DNA of 64,000 nt from the human T2T-CHM13v2.0 reference genome, Homo sapiens, in the NCBI RefSeq assembly GCF_009914755.1, contig NC_060926.1; one strand, given 5' to 3'. A model generated the notes under the pieces. The model did not search any database. It saw only the letters and a program-made list of their open reading frames with translations, and had not been told where the DNA came from. Shown one piece after another: positions 1-11,480 of this stretch. Each line of letters begins with the position of its first letter. Position 1 is the first letter of the stretch. The position numbers and the translations under genes are program-made.

Positions 1-179
1 AATCCATACACCCACTAGGTGTCAGTGATTTCCCAGGTTGATAACTCTCGATTTAGGCAAATCAGGAGTGAAAGTGAAGTGACTGAAAGTGAAGTAAAAG
101 CTTACTTTTTTATGCTCATAATATAAGTACTCAAACAAGCTTAAATTAGATAGGAGCAATACTTATAATATGAATAAAT

Positions 180-420
180 ATAACTAGTAATTATAAAGCA
201 CTTCATATGTGTCAGGCACTATTCTAAGCTCTTTATATATTTACTCATTTAATACAACAATCATATGAAGTAAGTACTACTATTATCTCAGTTTAGCAGA
301 GAAGGATGTGTGTAAGTCAGGCACAGAGAAGCTAAGTACCATACCCAAGATTGCCCAGCTAGTTGGGGAAGAGGTGGGGTTTGAACCTGAGCAGTCAAAC
401 TCTAGTTGCTGTTCTTAACC
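180..420 (-). mobile_element. MIR SINE
   Basis: Reverse-orientation MIR motifs (tatgtgtcaggcactattctaag; aggcacagagaagctaagt; gggtttgaacctgagcagtc). Ends approximate. Confidence 0.75.
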
Positions 421-699
421 ATGTTTTCTTTAGGAAGATACAAGACTAACATTAGAGTTAGCCTTGTACAGTGAGTGGTTTGTTTTTTTCATGTGAGCAG
501 AGTTGCTATAAATATTGCCAATACTGAGTGAGGCACATACTCTCACTCAGATGGCATCTTCCCCTGAGTCATCCAGTGTTTTTTCTAGGTCCTAAGTTAG
601 AGAATTTAGCATCCTTAAATTCTCAGGAACTTTTAAAACCATGTCTTAGAGCAGAACTGTAACTCCAACCTAAAACAGGTTAGAATTCATGGGAAAGTT

Positions 700-3120
700 T
701 TCCAGCCAGTTGTATCCAAGCATCCTTCAGAGTAGAATAGAGAAACCATCTTTTTAAAAGTATTTACAATTGTATTCAAATTATTATTACCGTAGCACTG
801 AATAAGTTATAAAAATGTAATTTCCTTATAGTCCCTTTATCTGGCAAATTGCTTCTGTTTATAATCTGTAGCTGCTCTTTTAATTCTTTCCAATATGCAA
901 ATATATTAACAATAGGTACTAAGAATAATATAAATGTGTTGTTCTTTGATTGCTTTACACTGCCCTGCTACAAACCAAAATGTGGTTTATAGCAGACACA
1001 TACAACAGTTTAAAAACTACCAACTGTCCCCAGGGGTGGAGCAATCAAGTAAGCAATGGCATGTTAACTCACTGGAATACTGATTGATTGTACATTATTG
1101 CAACTTCTGTTGCAATAACTATATACATATTTTAGTCTTCTCAGCAACAGTTCTCCCTACAATAGCATTTTTATTTATTTTGAAGAAGTTAAGGAAGCTG
1201 GGTTGTATCTCAACAACTTGCCTATGTAATGATTCCTTTCCAGATTCAAGCCTTAAGGCTTGCTCAACAGTGCTTCCAGGCCAACTAATTTTTTAGAAAT
1301 TTGTGGAATTTGTGAAAAGAAGAACGCTTGATGTACTTGTTTACTAAAATGTAATGTGCATGCATGCGTGTGTGTGTGTTTGTGTGTGTGTGAGTGCTTG
1401 TGTTTCTTTAGGACTAGTTCTCTGGTACATAATAGGGATCATAATAGGGTTTAAAACATTTCTCCATAGGTAGTACAGGGCTTCTCACCAGAATGACTCT
1501 TTGATGCAAAATAAATGTATTACTCTTTGTGACTAATTTTCCATATTCAGTATATTAGTGAGTGTTTTCTCTAATATGCTTCATCTGGTACCTAATAAAT
1601 TTAGATATATAAACAAAAGCTGTCCCACAATGATTACATTTTAAGAATTGCTCTCCCATATGAGAAATTGTTTGATACTTTATGAAGTTATTCTTTTGGA
1701 TGAAGACTTCTACATTGACAACATTCATATGATTGCTCTCTTTCTATTTTTTGACACACAATAAGGTCAGAGCTCTGGCTGAAGAATTTTCCACAATCAA
1801 GTCATTCATATGGCTTCTCTCCAGCAGGGTTTTCTGATGTGAAGAAAATGTGACAGCTTCAACTGAAGTATTTTTTAGTCTTTGTATTATTTCATCCTAT
1901 TGTGAATTATCTGATGCATAATAACATGAGACCTCTGTATATAAGACTTCCTAAATTCATTATCTTCGTAGGGCCTCCCTCTTATGAAAGTTCTGTAATG
2001 CATAATGAGGTGAGTGTTCTGTCTGAAAGATTTTCCAAGTTCAGGACTATCACTGAGTTTGTCTCTGGTATGATTTCTTTCAAGTCTAATGAAACTACCA
2101 CATGGAAAATACCAAACACTTTTCCACACTGATTACATATATACAGTTTGTCTCCAGTATGAGTTCTCTAATATAGAAAAAAAGTGATAGAACCAGCTAA
2201 AGACTTTTTCACATGCTTATGCATTATTTACCTACTTATGATTTCTCACCAGTGTGAGTTACATGATGTTAATGTAGTGAGAACCGCATTTGAAGAATTT
2301 TGCATCTTCTTGATATTCATGGTGTTTGTCTTTTTATTTACACCCTTAGGTATACCAAGGGATGTACTATAAGTAAGAAACTTATTGCTATCATTGTAGG
2401 GTTTATCTCCTGTTTGAGTTCTCGCAAATTGAATCAGGTGAATGTTTTAACAAAAGGTTTTAGTACGTTTATTACTGTTACTGACATAGTTTGCCTGATG
2501 ACCACTAAACTAAATTATGTTTTAAACTTTTAACATTTGAATCATACTTAACGGAAATACTCTTTAAGTACTAATGAGCATGAAAGATACAGTGTCCCCA
2601 GTATTTATCACTTTCACAGACTCTCCTAAGCACTTTGTTTTGTGTGAATGTTTCTTATCTTAAATGTTTCTTCTCATTTTCCTGATAATTGTCTAGTTTG
2701 TTTTCACATTTCCATTTTTAATGACAAATATGAGAAATCATTCCTTTCCATTTCTTCCATTTTAATGTCATAGAATTGTTTATCTTCAGAAATGCTATTG
2801 TTAGAAATTGATGATTTGATTTCCATGATAGTCACTGAATCTGGCCAGTTCTCCACCAGCTATGATTCTTTACCTTTCTCCATCTAGAGAATCACATCTG
2901 TTTGGGAAGCTGACACTCAAAGGAAACTGGGTTCTCATAGTACTAATGCATCACTTATTTGTATATGTTCTGCTGAGAAGTGAATTTGGTGAAATCTACA
3001 ACCATATCCTAGAAGGCGATCCATGTCTGGGACTGGACCATTAATGACTCAGCTTCTATATTCCCTTCTCTGATTTCTTGAGTAAGTGGAGAGTTCTGTG
3101 AATGCAACACTCTCTGTTGG
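700..3120 (-). pseudogene. ZNF10: Processed pseudogene of ZNF10 (KOX1) KRAB-C2H2 zinc-finger mRNA; CDS-equivalent ~3059->1555 (symbol is the parent gene)
   Basis: Hand translation of the - strand gives IEAESLMVQSQTWIAF*DMVVDFTK..SQQNIYK*VMH*YYENPVSFECQLPK.DVIL*MEKGKES*LVE, matching ZNF10 [68 protein letters not shown]. It continues into the spacer PDSVTIMEIKSS..DKQFYDIKME. ORF 1887-2129 GKSFRQNTHLIMHYRTFIRGRPYE matches GKSFRQSTHLILHQRTHVRVRPYE. It ends HIRENTH* versus HIRENAY*. KRAB-A, KRAB-B and the finger region are contiguous (no introns). ATG->ATA, many stops and frameshifts. UTR limits approximate. Confidence 0.9.
1368..1392. repeat. (TG)n microsatellite
   Basis: Direct sequence. Confidence 0.9.
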
Positions 3121-3689
3121 GCCAGGTTCAGCTGGCCTGGCCTGCCCCACAGTGCCTGCTCCTCTTTACCTGACTTGCATGTATGATGGGCCAGCTGCTG
3201 CAGCCTTCTCCATGTCACTCTGTTCATCATGTACCCAACTCCCAATCCCAGGCACTTGAGCTGACCCCTGTCTGATGCTGCCAACCCACATAGAAATGTC
3301 TTTCAAATAAAAGGCTGTTCATTTTGGTGAAGGTCCGTTGCCGCTTAATGGTTATGTGTCCACAGGGCATACGGTGCATAGTAATACTTCAGAAACTCAG
3401 GCTTATTTCTGATTGTCCATCCAAAAACAAATTTCTCAGAAGTCAGGTAAGGCTGAATTCTGTCTTTATTATTTCAAATTCTCTGTTCCTTCCTCAGTTA
3501 TATCATTTAAAAAAGATATAGGGATTGGAAACTTGGTTTGGCCATAGACTGTTTTTTCAACAAATAGAATTTAAATGTCTTTTGGTGGAGCTTTATTATT
3601 AGTTCCCATGGTTCCTATAACTTTCATGCCTCTTAGCACATGGGTCGGGGCAGTATTCACACACGTGGAATGAGCTTAATGCAAAGCAT

Positions 3690-4500
3690 TGTGCTTTCTC
3701 CTTGCTCATCTGGTCCAATTAACTTACAGTCATTTACATAGTATACAAATGTGATGTTTTGCAGAACATCCAGGATGGTTTAGATCCCTTCAGAGTTCAG
3801 TATGACAAAAGACTAGAGAATTGGTTTAACCCTAGTGCCAGATTATAAGTATATACTCTTTTCTTTGTCATGTAACTATGAACTGCTACAAAACTCTTTT
3901 CCAGTATTTTGGAAAATGATATGTTAATCAGCTCAATGGCTAAATACATGAAGCTATATTAATTTGTCATAATAAAAAAAATACCACATCTGACACTGAA
4001 GCTGCAGTTGGGATTACTACTTGGTTAAGTTTGTGGAAGTTTACTGTCATCTGTCAGGACTCATCTGTTTTTTGTAGTGCCAGATGGTGTATTAATTGGG
4101 GATATCATGGGAGGACCACTACCCCTGGTTTCTTTATCTGCTATTTCCCCTGTTATATGATACTGTTTTTGATATACTATTTTGAAAGAACTAGGAGGAG
4201 GGCAATATCTGAGACTTATGCTTGACTTTAAGATGAAAGAGCCAAACCGAGAGTTCTGCTATTTACAGGTATGTTTGTTTTAATTATATAAGGGCCAGTA
4301 AAATAATCACTGGCTAGATCCGTGGACCTAGTGGACCCACTATGAGCCAGAACTGGGCTGGAACTCCATTTATTGCCTGACTGTCTTGCATTCTCCAATC
4401 TAATTAGAGGTAGGAGGTGAGGGAGGGGGCACAATAATGTTTCAGTTCCCTGGATATCAATGTCAAGTGAAATTCTGTTTCTAACTATTCTCAAAATGTC
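3690..4500 (-). mobile_element. ERVL-class internal fossil (pro/pol reverse transcriptase; ERV3-16A3/HERV16-like)
   Basis: The - strand gives KIVYQKQYHITGEIA, QKTDES*QMTVNFHKLNQVVIPTAASVSDVV and ITFVYYVND. These match ERVL KIVNQKQY.., [31 protein letters not shown] and ITLVHYIDD. Confidence 0.8.
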
Positions 4501-4549
4501 TGAATTTCCCCTTTCTGCACTCTGGTTACCTTTATGATCTTCAGCTGAT

Positions 4550-4830
4550 ACCCTTGGGAGTTCTGGAGACGAAATGATTCTTCAGAGTTATTCTTTTTGA
4601 GGTAAAAGGGCTAGAACTTCGGACCTTTAAATTGAGCAGTCACTGGATGCTGTGTTTCCTTGAGAAGAGGCCATGACTCTGGGCAAGGCACATTTCTGCA
4701 GTCAAAGACAATTTCCTGAGGGAGACTCAGCAATGAGCCACCAGTGCACGTCACTCTTAGCATGTGAGGGAATCAGTATCTTGGTATTGAAAGGAGGATG
4801 TAGGCCTCACACCACATCATCCACTCCATA
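4550..4830 (-). mobile_element. LTR33-like ERVL LTR (partial)
   Basis: cagtcactggatg..gactctgggcaaggc..gagggagactcagc..caccacatcatccactcca resembles the reverse LTR33 terminus. Confidence 0.65.
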
Positions 4831-5446
4831 GCCATAGCCGAATTGCAATGGCAGAATGTTATGAAATAAAAGTAAAGAAATATTGTAGATGAGAAGGCCA
4901 AATATTAAAATGCCCAAATGTTACCCCTGTTGTATGACCATTACATCTGTATTAAGCGCAACACTCATTTACTTATTCTTTCCTTTATTCTTTCATTCAG
5001 TATCTTTTTATACCAAATACCATGCATTGCGAGCAGGGTTTGGATTCCTAGCATTGTCTGAATCTCAGCTATGTTCCAGTAGGACTGCATAGTTCCTTTA
5101 GACCTTACAACGTGAATAAACTAAGACATAGATGAGAAACCTAATATACCCACAGTCACCTAGCTGATGAATGGGAGAGTTGCAGTTGGGACTCAGTTCT
5201 GCCTCCAAGGACTGCTGTGCCCTTCCCACTATATCTAAAGACCTTTACAGGGAATATTAACCACAGGTTCATCACCGAAGAGTGGAGGAATAGAGGAATA
5301 ATGGAATCTGTGATAACTTGATAAGTCAATAAAAAACATTTCAATAAATAAAAATTATTACTGTAGGAAGTGAGAAAAAATTTGCAGCTTGTTCTTATAG
5401 CTGTGTCTGTTTTAATATTTTCTACTATTCGTCACTATATAGCTGC

Positions 5447-8362
5447 TGCAAACCAAAGAAAAAAACTGAGGTGAGTCTCTACCAAATTTGGAAGCTTATT
5501 TTGCCAAGGTTGAAGATAGACCCAGGAAAAAGAAACAAAACCTCAGGAGCATCTGTGATTATCTGTGCTTTTTCCAAAGAGGTTTTGAGGACCTCAGTAT
5601 TTAAAGGGGAAAGAGAAGGCAACAGGGGAAAGAGGAAATGGAAAAATGGGGGAGGGTAGATAAAAGAGGCAAGAGGTTACATTCTTTTTAAGGTTTTGAT
5701 TAATATTTACTGAATCCACATTTTACTTGTGAAAGGAGGGTGCTCAGGGAATTACATTTTTACATAAGATAAAGTAAATGCAGAGTCAAGCAAGCAGTCA
5801 AATATACATTTGTCTCAGGTGAGAGCAGAAGGATAACCTCTACACCTGCGTTAGTCCCAAAACTGTGGAGACAAGCTGTCAATTTACATTGTCAGAGTGA
5901 AATTCAACAGAACTCTGTTTCAGGGTGTATTAATCCATTCTCAAATTGCTATAAAGAATTACCTGTGACTGGGTAATTTATAAAGAATAGAGGTTTAATT
6001 GACTCACAGTTCCACAAGTTGTACATGAAGTATGGCTAGGGAGGCTTCAAAAAGCTTACAATCATGGTGGAAGGCAAAGGGGAAGCAGGCACATCTTACA
6101 TGGACGGAGAAGGAGGAAGAAGGGAGTGGGAGGTGCTGCACACTTTTAAACAACCAGATCTTGTGAGAACTCACTATCATGAGAACAGCAAGGGGGAAGT
6201 CTGCCCCCATGATCCAGTCACCTCCCAACAGGCTCTTCCTCCAACATTGGTGATTATAATTTGACATGAAATTTGGGCAGGGACACAAATCCAAACCATA
6301 TCATTTCACCTCTGGCCCCTCCCAAATCTTATATTCTTCTCACATTTCATTCCCAACATTCCCCCGAAGTCTTAACTCATCCCAGCATTAACTCAAAGTC
6401 CACAGTCCAAAGTCTCACTTGAGACAAGGCAAATCCCTTCTGCCTATGAGCCTGTAAAATCAAAACCAGTTAGTTACTTCCAAGATACAATGTGGGTACA
6501 GGCATTGGCTAAATACTCCCATTCCAAAAGGGAAAAATCAGCCCAAACAAAGGGACTACAGGCCCCATGCAAGTCTGAAATCCAGCAGGACAATCATTAA
6601 ACCTAAAAGCTCCAAAGTAATCTCCTTTGACTCCGTGTCTCACATCCAGACCACAGTGATGCAAGGGTGGGCTCCCAAGGCACTGGGAGCCCCCTTGGCT
6701 GCTTCCACCGGTTGGCATTGAGTGTCTGCAGCTATTCCAGGCACATGGTGCAAGCTGTCAGTAAATCTACAATTCTGGGGTCTGGAGCATGGTGGCCCTC
6801 TTCTCACAGCTCCACTAGGCAGTTCCCCAGTGGGGACTCTGTGTGGGGGCTCCAGCCCCACATTTCCTCTCTGTACTGCCCTAGTAGAGGTTCTCCCTGA
6901 AGGCTCTGCCCCATAGTAGACTTCTGCCTGGACATCCGGGCATTTCCATTCATCCTCTGAAATCTAGATAGAGGCTCCCAAGCCTCAACTCTCACACTCT
7001 GCACACCCTGAGGCTTAACATCTCATGGAAGCCACCAAAGCTTTTGGCTTGCACCCTATGAAGCAACAGCCTGAGCTGCTCCTTGGTCCCTTTTAGCTGA
7101 GGCTGGAGCTGGAGCAACCACAATGCCAGGCATTATTTTTTGAGGCTGCGTAGAGCAGTGGGGCCCAGGGCCTGACCCACAAAACCATTTTTCCCTCCTA
7201 GGCCTCCAGGCCTGTAATGGGAGGGGCTGCCACAAAAGTCTTTGAAATTCCTTCAAGGACTTTTCCCCATTATCTTGGCTATCAACATTTGGCTCCTCTT
7301 TACAAATGCAAATTTCTGCAGCTGGCTTGAATTCCTTCTTAGAAAATGGGTTTTTCTTTTCTACCACATGGCCAGGTTGCAAATTTTCCAAACTTTTACA
7401 ACTCTGCTTCCCTTTTAAATATGAGTTCCAGTTCCCAATCATTTTTTTGCCCTTGAATATAAGCTCTTGAATATTTTGCTGCTTAGAAATTTCTTCCCCC
7501 TCATACCCTAAATCATTACTTTCAAGTTCAAATTTCCAAATATGTTCCTTCTCTCCATTGAGACCTCATCAGCTTGGCCATCTCTGTCCATATCACTATC
7601 AGTATTTTTGTCAAAACCATTCAACAAGTCTCTAGGACGTTCCAAACTTGTTCACATCTTCCTGTCTTCTTCTGAGCCTGCCAAACTGTTCCAACCTCTT
7701 CCCGTTACCTAGTTCCAAAGTTGCTTCCACATTTGCAAGTATCTTTATAGCAGTGCCCCACTCCTGGTATGAATTTTCTGTGTTGGTCTGTTTTTGCATT
7801 GCTGTAAAGAACTACTGGAGACTGGGTAATTTATAAAGAAAAAAGGTTTAATTCATTCACAGTTGCACAGGCTTAACATGAAGCATGGCTGGAGGGGCCT
7901 CAAGAAACTTATAGTTATGGTGGAAGGCAAAGGGGAAGCAGGCACATCTTATATGGCTGGAGAAGGAGGAAGAGATAGTGAAGTGCTATACACTTTTAAA
8001 CAACCAGATCTTGTGAGAACTCACTCACTATCATGAGAACAACAGGGGGATGTCTGCCCTCTTGATCCATTCACCTACTACCAGGCTTCTCCTCTTATCA
8101 CTGAGGATTACAATTCAATATGAGGTTTGGGTGGGGACACAAATACAAACCATAAAATAGGGTAAATATCTTGGGGCTCACAAAGAATTTTCTTGTGAGC
8201 ACATTGTAAGGGAGGCCACCTGGGGAGGTATGTGGACTTCTATCTTTGCAGCTATCTACTTAGGAACAAAATAGGAGGCAGTTTTGCAACTCAGTTCTCA
8301 AGCTTGACTTTTCCATTTGACATAGTGAGTTTGGGTCCCAAGGTTTTTGTTTTCCTTTCACA
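5447..8362 (-). mobile_element. MER4-group ERV1 solo LTR, split by THE1D (pieces 5447-5925 and 8158-8362)
   Basis: The - strand starts TGTGAAAGGAAAACAAAAACCTTGGGACCCAAACTCACT..AAAAGTCAAGCTTGAGAACTG. TG..CA ends; imperfect 4-bp TSD ctgc/ctac. Confidence 0.75.
5926..8157 (-). mobile_element. Near full-length THE1D-type MaLR provirus (LTR 5926-6303, internal 6304-7778, LTR 7779-8157)
   Basis: Two ~378-bp direct LTRs (gactgggtaatttataaagaa, ggaaggcaaaggggaagcaggcacatctta, aaacaaccagatcttgtgagaactcac) around THE1-int sequence. 5-bp TSD caggg (5921-5925) / taggg (8158-8162). Confidence 0.9.
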
Positions 8363-11299
8363 CTACAAATAGATTTGGGCTGTTGAAGGGTTACATCTGA
8401 TCTGCTGTATCATTCTTGCATGCAATGACCTGTGAATGTAAAGCTTTGTCTCCATTTAGCCAAGGTGGATGGAGAATTGCTTATCACTCATGTGCTGGCC
8501 CCTCTTGTAGCCATCAATACCTGATGGCACATGAAACCTTTTTTTTTTTAAAACACAAATCTGTATTTGAAAGACTCAGAATACATGTTGGAACTGATAC
8601 GATAGCCTTCTACATATTGAGGTAAATTACTTTGCAACATTATTTGAAGAAAATCACTCAAGGTTAGTTTGTATTAATTGATCACAATATCTTCCTTAGG
8701 ATTGTTTGGGAAAAGAACTGTAGATGGAGATCCTGAAAATTATGAGAGGACATATGCTATATAGTATTACCATATAATTTTATACACTGTATTATAGAGA
8801 GCACTTACATTAGCTTAGGGGTAATTCTGAAGCTTATCTTCCAGTGGGACTGACACATCTAATTATTAAGGTAGTTTTGTCATACCCATTGCCAGGCCAT
8901 AGGATGTTTCAAAAAGCCCAATGATTCTGGATCCAATGTCTGTTAGATTGTCAAGGTTCCTACAGGAATACCTCTAGAAAAAGTGAAAAATAGATCATTA
9001 AGATAGAAGGCTCCAGACACCTCATACCCAACATCAAATTGTGCTAGACACTCTATTAAATTAATCCTGTTCTCAAAACAGTTCCACAGAAATGGAGGTT
9101 ATTGTCATTATTTCATAAATGAGGAGAATGGTGATACTTCCATGGTCATAGTTTTCTTATGTTTGTTTTCTTTCTTTGTGAATTTACCCTGTCCTATCCA
9201 AGAGGCATGAAATAGAAAATCCAAACAGAGCAAAATGGGTGTTAAGCCTATTGATAGTTGGTATCAGGATATTTTAAATGCCATTTAGCAGCCATTTAAT
9301 TGCATTTGCTCATTTTCAAGATGCAAAACAAAAGAGCCCTTAGAGGCTAAAGCCCAGTGCCACCCACCTGGCTAAAAGTTTATTAGGAATTAGGAGCAGA
9401 TTTCACAGTCAAGAGTCTAGCACTCTTTTTGCCTTAGGGCACATTCCTTTGTGGGTCCTATTTTTATGCAAATTGAGATGCAGGTGACATCCTTAGGCTT
9501 CCTAGGTGACAAAAAACTGTTCTATCACTTTTCTCTTTCTTGGCAAATTTACTCTTGCCTTTTCAAAAGCAAAATGTGAAAATTATTGAATAAGGCCATA
9601 CACTGGAATATAGTGTAGCTGAGAAAACACCCAGTAGTCCCCACCCTGAGCCTTTCCCTCAAAAGCATCCTCTTGAATGGGGAGGGAAAGGTGAGAGTGA
9701 AACTGGCATCACTTTAAGGAATAAGACAGTTTTACTTCAAAAGCTTTCATTCATGTTGTAAGTTTCAATAGTTAATATGAGTTTACATACTACGAATTTA
9801 GAAGAGGCAGTCATGGATCTCATTTAAGAAATTTCCTGTGTTTTAACATTTTAACTGCTCTATTTTATTTGAATTGTGTTAGAATATATTATTTTATTCT
9901 CAAATGCTATTAAAACATTTCATGCAAGAAGCAGATTTATAGTGAACTGAATTCTGTATCATGAACAGAATTCTGACTAGAGCATTGAATTTCTTATTCT
10001 TAGTTATGTGCCGTTTCCATATTTCACATTAGGATTTACCAAGGTCAATGATATAATAATTACTCAAAAGATACAAGAAATGTTCATATTGCAAACACAT
10101 CTCAGTGTTACCCACTGACCTTGACTAAAGAAAAAGTTCATACAGCTCCTTATTCAAAGACTGAGCTGAGTAAGTAAACAAATGTGAAAAATGTAAATAT
10201 TGTTGTTGACAGTTTTGAGGATTTAATTTCTCAGTGAAATGTAAGAAATTTACTTGCTCAGATACCTTTTTGGTTCTATAAATGGGTCCATTATAATTTT
10301 TGCAAAGGTACCTTTTTAAAATTATTGTCAAAACACATTAACTTCGAGTTTCAAAGAGAATTAGACTATAGTCCTTGTTTTTATTTTAATTTTCTGTTGC
10401 CTTATTTTTATGATTGAGTAATATATCCTCCTCCATATAAATTGAAGATTCTGCTGACTCATTAATGAAACAAGTTCTAGAAGTTATTTTTCTAGTAATA
10501 ATGGCTTGTTAATATAATAATGATAGATTTATATTGAACCCTCTTTATTCTCTCATTCTGTCCTGTCACCATTGGCAGGGTTTCATGCATTTGTTCAGTA
10601 ACTGGGAAGGGTTAGGAGTGAGCCCTTAGTTGAGGATCAGAGGATTTCCTCCATGTAAATTTATCTGGTTCATAGAAGATTTTATAGTGGTGACTTGGAC
10701 CTCCCTAGCAGAATGCAGCATTATGTGTACTGACCCCAGCTAGCACTTTTACTCTTGGTTCACCATGTATATGAAAAGAGGAAGATGTAGCTGCCTTTTT
10801 CATCTAGTTCAACAAACATGAGATGATTCTGACGGTTTCTAGTTTTTTGAATTGAAGCCAGTCCCCTGATACATTCTTAGTTAAATTGTTGTGCACAAAA
10901 TATGTGTGTTCAGGTTTTAGTGCTTAAGCATGCCTCTCTGAAATGCAGCCCATACCACACTTAGGTACTTGTCAATATAAACACAAAATTGTTAACACCT
11001 TTTGTCTTCTTATATGTAAAATAGTGCCATTAAATGGAATTTAGAATTAGCGAAGCCTAGCTGTAAATACTGCCTCCCCTAATTATTTATGTAACCTCTT
11101 CGAGTCTCAGTTTTTAAATTTGGAGCTGGTAAAGCAGTGTTTGGAAATGTTCATTTTTATTGCAGACAGTCAATATAAGATTTATTTGAAGTACTGGTTT
11201 TAAAACATAGGAAATAAATCAGCAGTACCTTTTTGAGTCACTTAATTTACCCATCTTTTTCTATCTCCTGAGTTAAGTTACCCTACATGCTTGCATTTT

Positions 11300-11480
11300 T
11301 TCTGATTCTTAAAGATCTTCAGAGAAGGAAATTCTACAGCCTTTTTGGGCAGCCTATTCTAGATCCTTACAGCATTCACTGTCAGGGAACTCTTTCTCAT
11401 ATCTAACCAAAATCTCTGTTGCTGGAATTTAAGCTCATTTCTTCTTTTATTGTCCCCTGTGGGAAGTAGAATAGGTCAGT
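11300..11480 (-). mobile_element. L3/CR1 LINE fragment
   Basis: ggaaattctacagcctttttgggcagcctattctag..gtcagggaactctttctcatatctaaccaaaatctc. Confidence 0.6.

Noticed and set aside
69-96. Twin tgaaagtgaagt (IRF/PRDM1-like)
   Set aside because: Imperfect motif match, explainable as a short tandem duplication, with no supporting context.
3009-3284. 91-aa ORF in frame with the ZNF10-like KRAB start
   Set aside because: It has a non-ATG start and stops at the beginning of KRAB-A (TAG after WIAF), so it cannot encode a KRAB domain.
6509-7442. Cluster of overlapping ORFs up to 128 aa
   Set aside because: They fall in the THE1D internal region and are broken pieces of repeat sequence, not a host gene.
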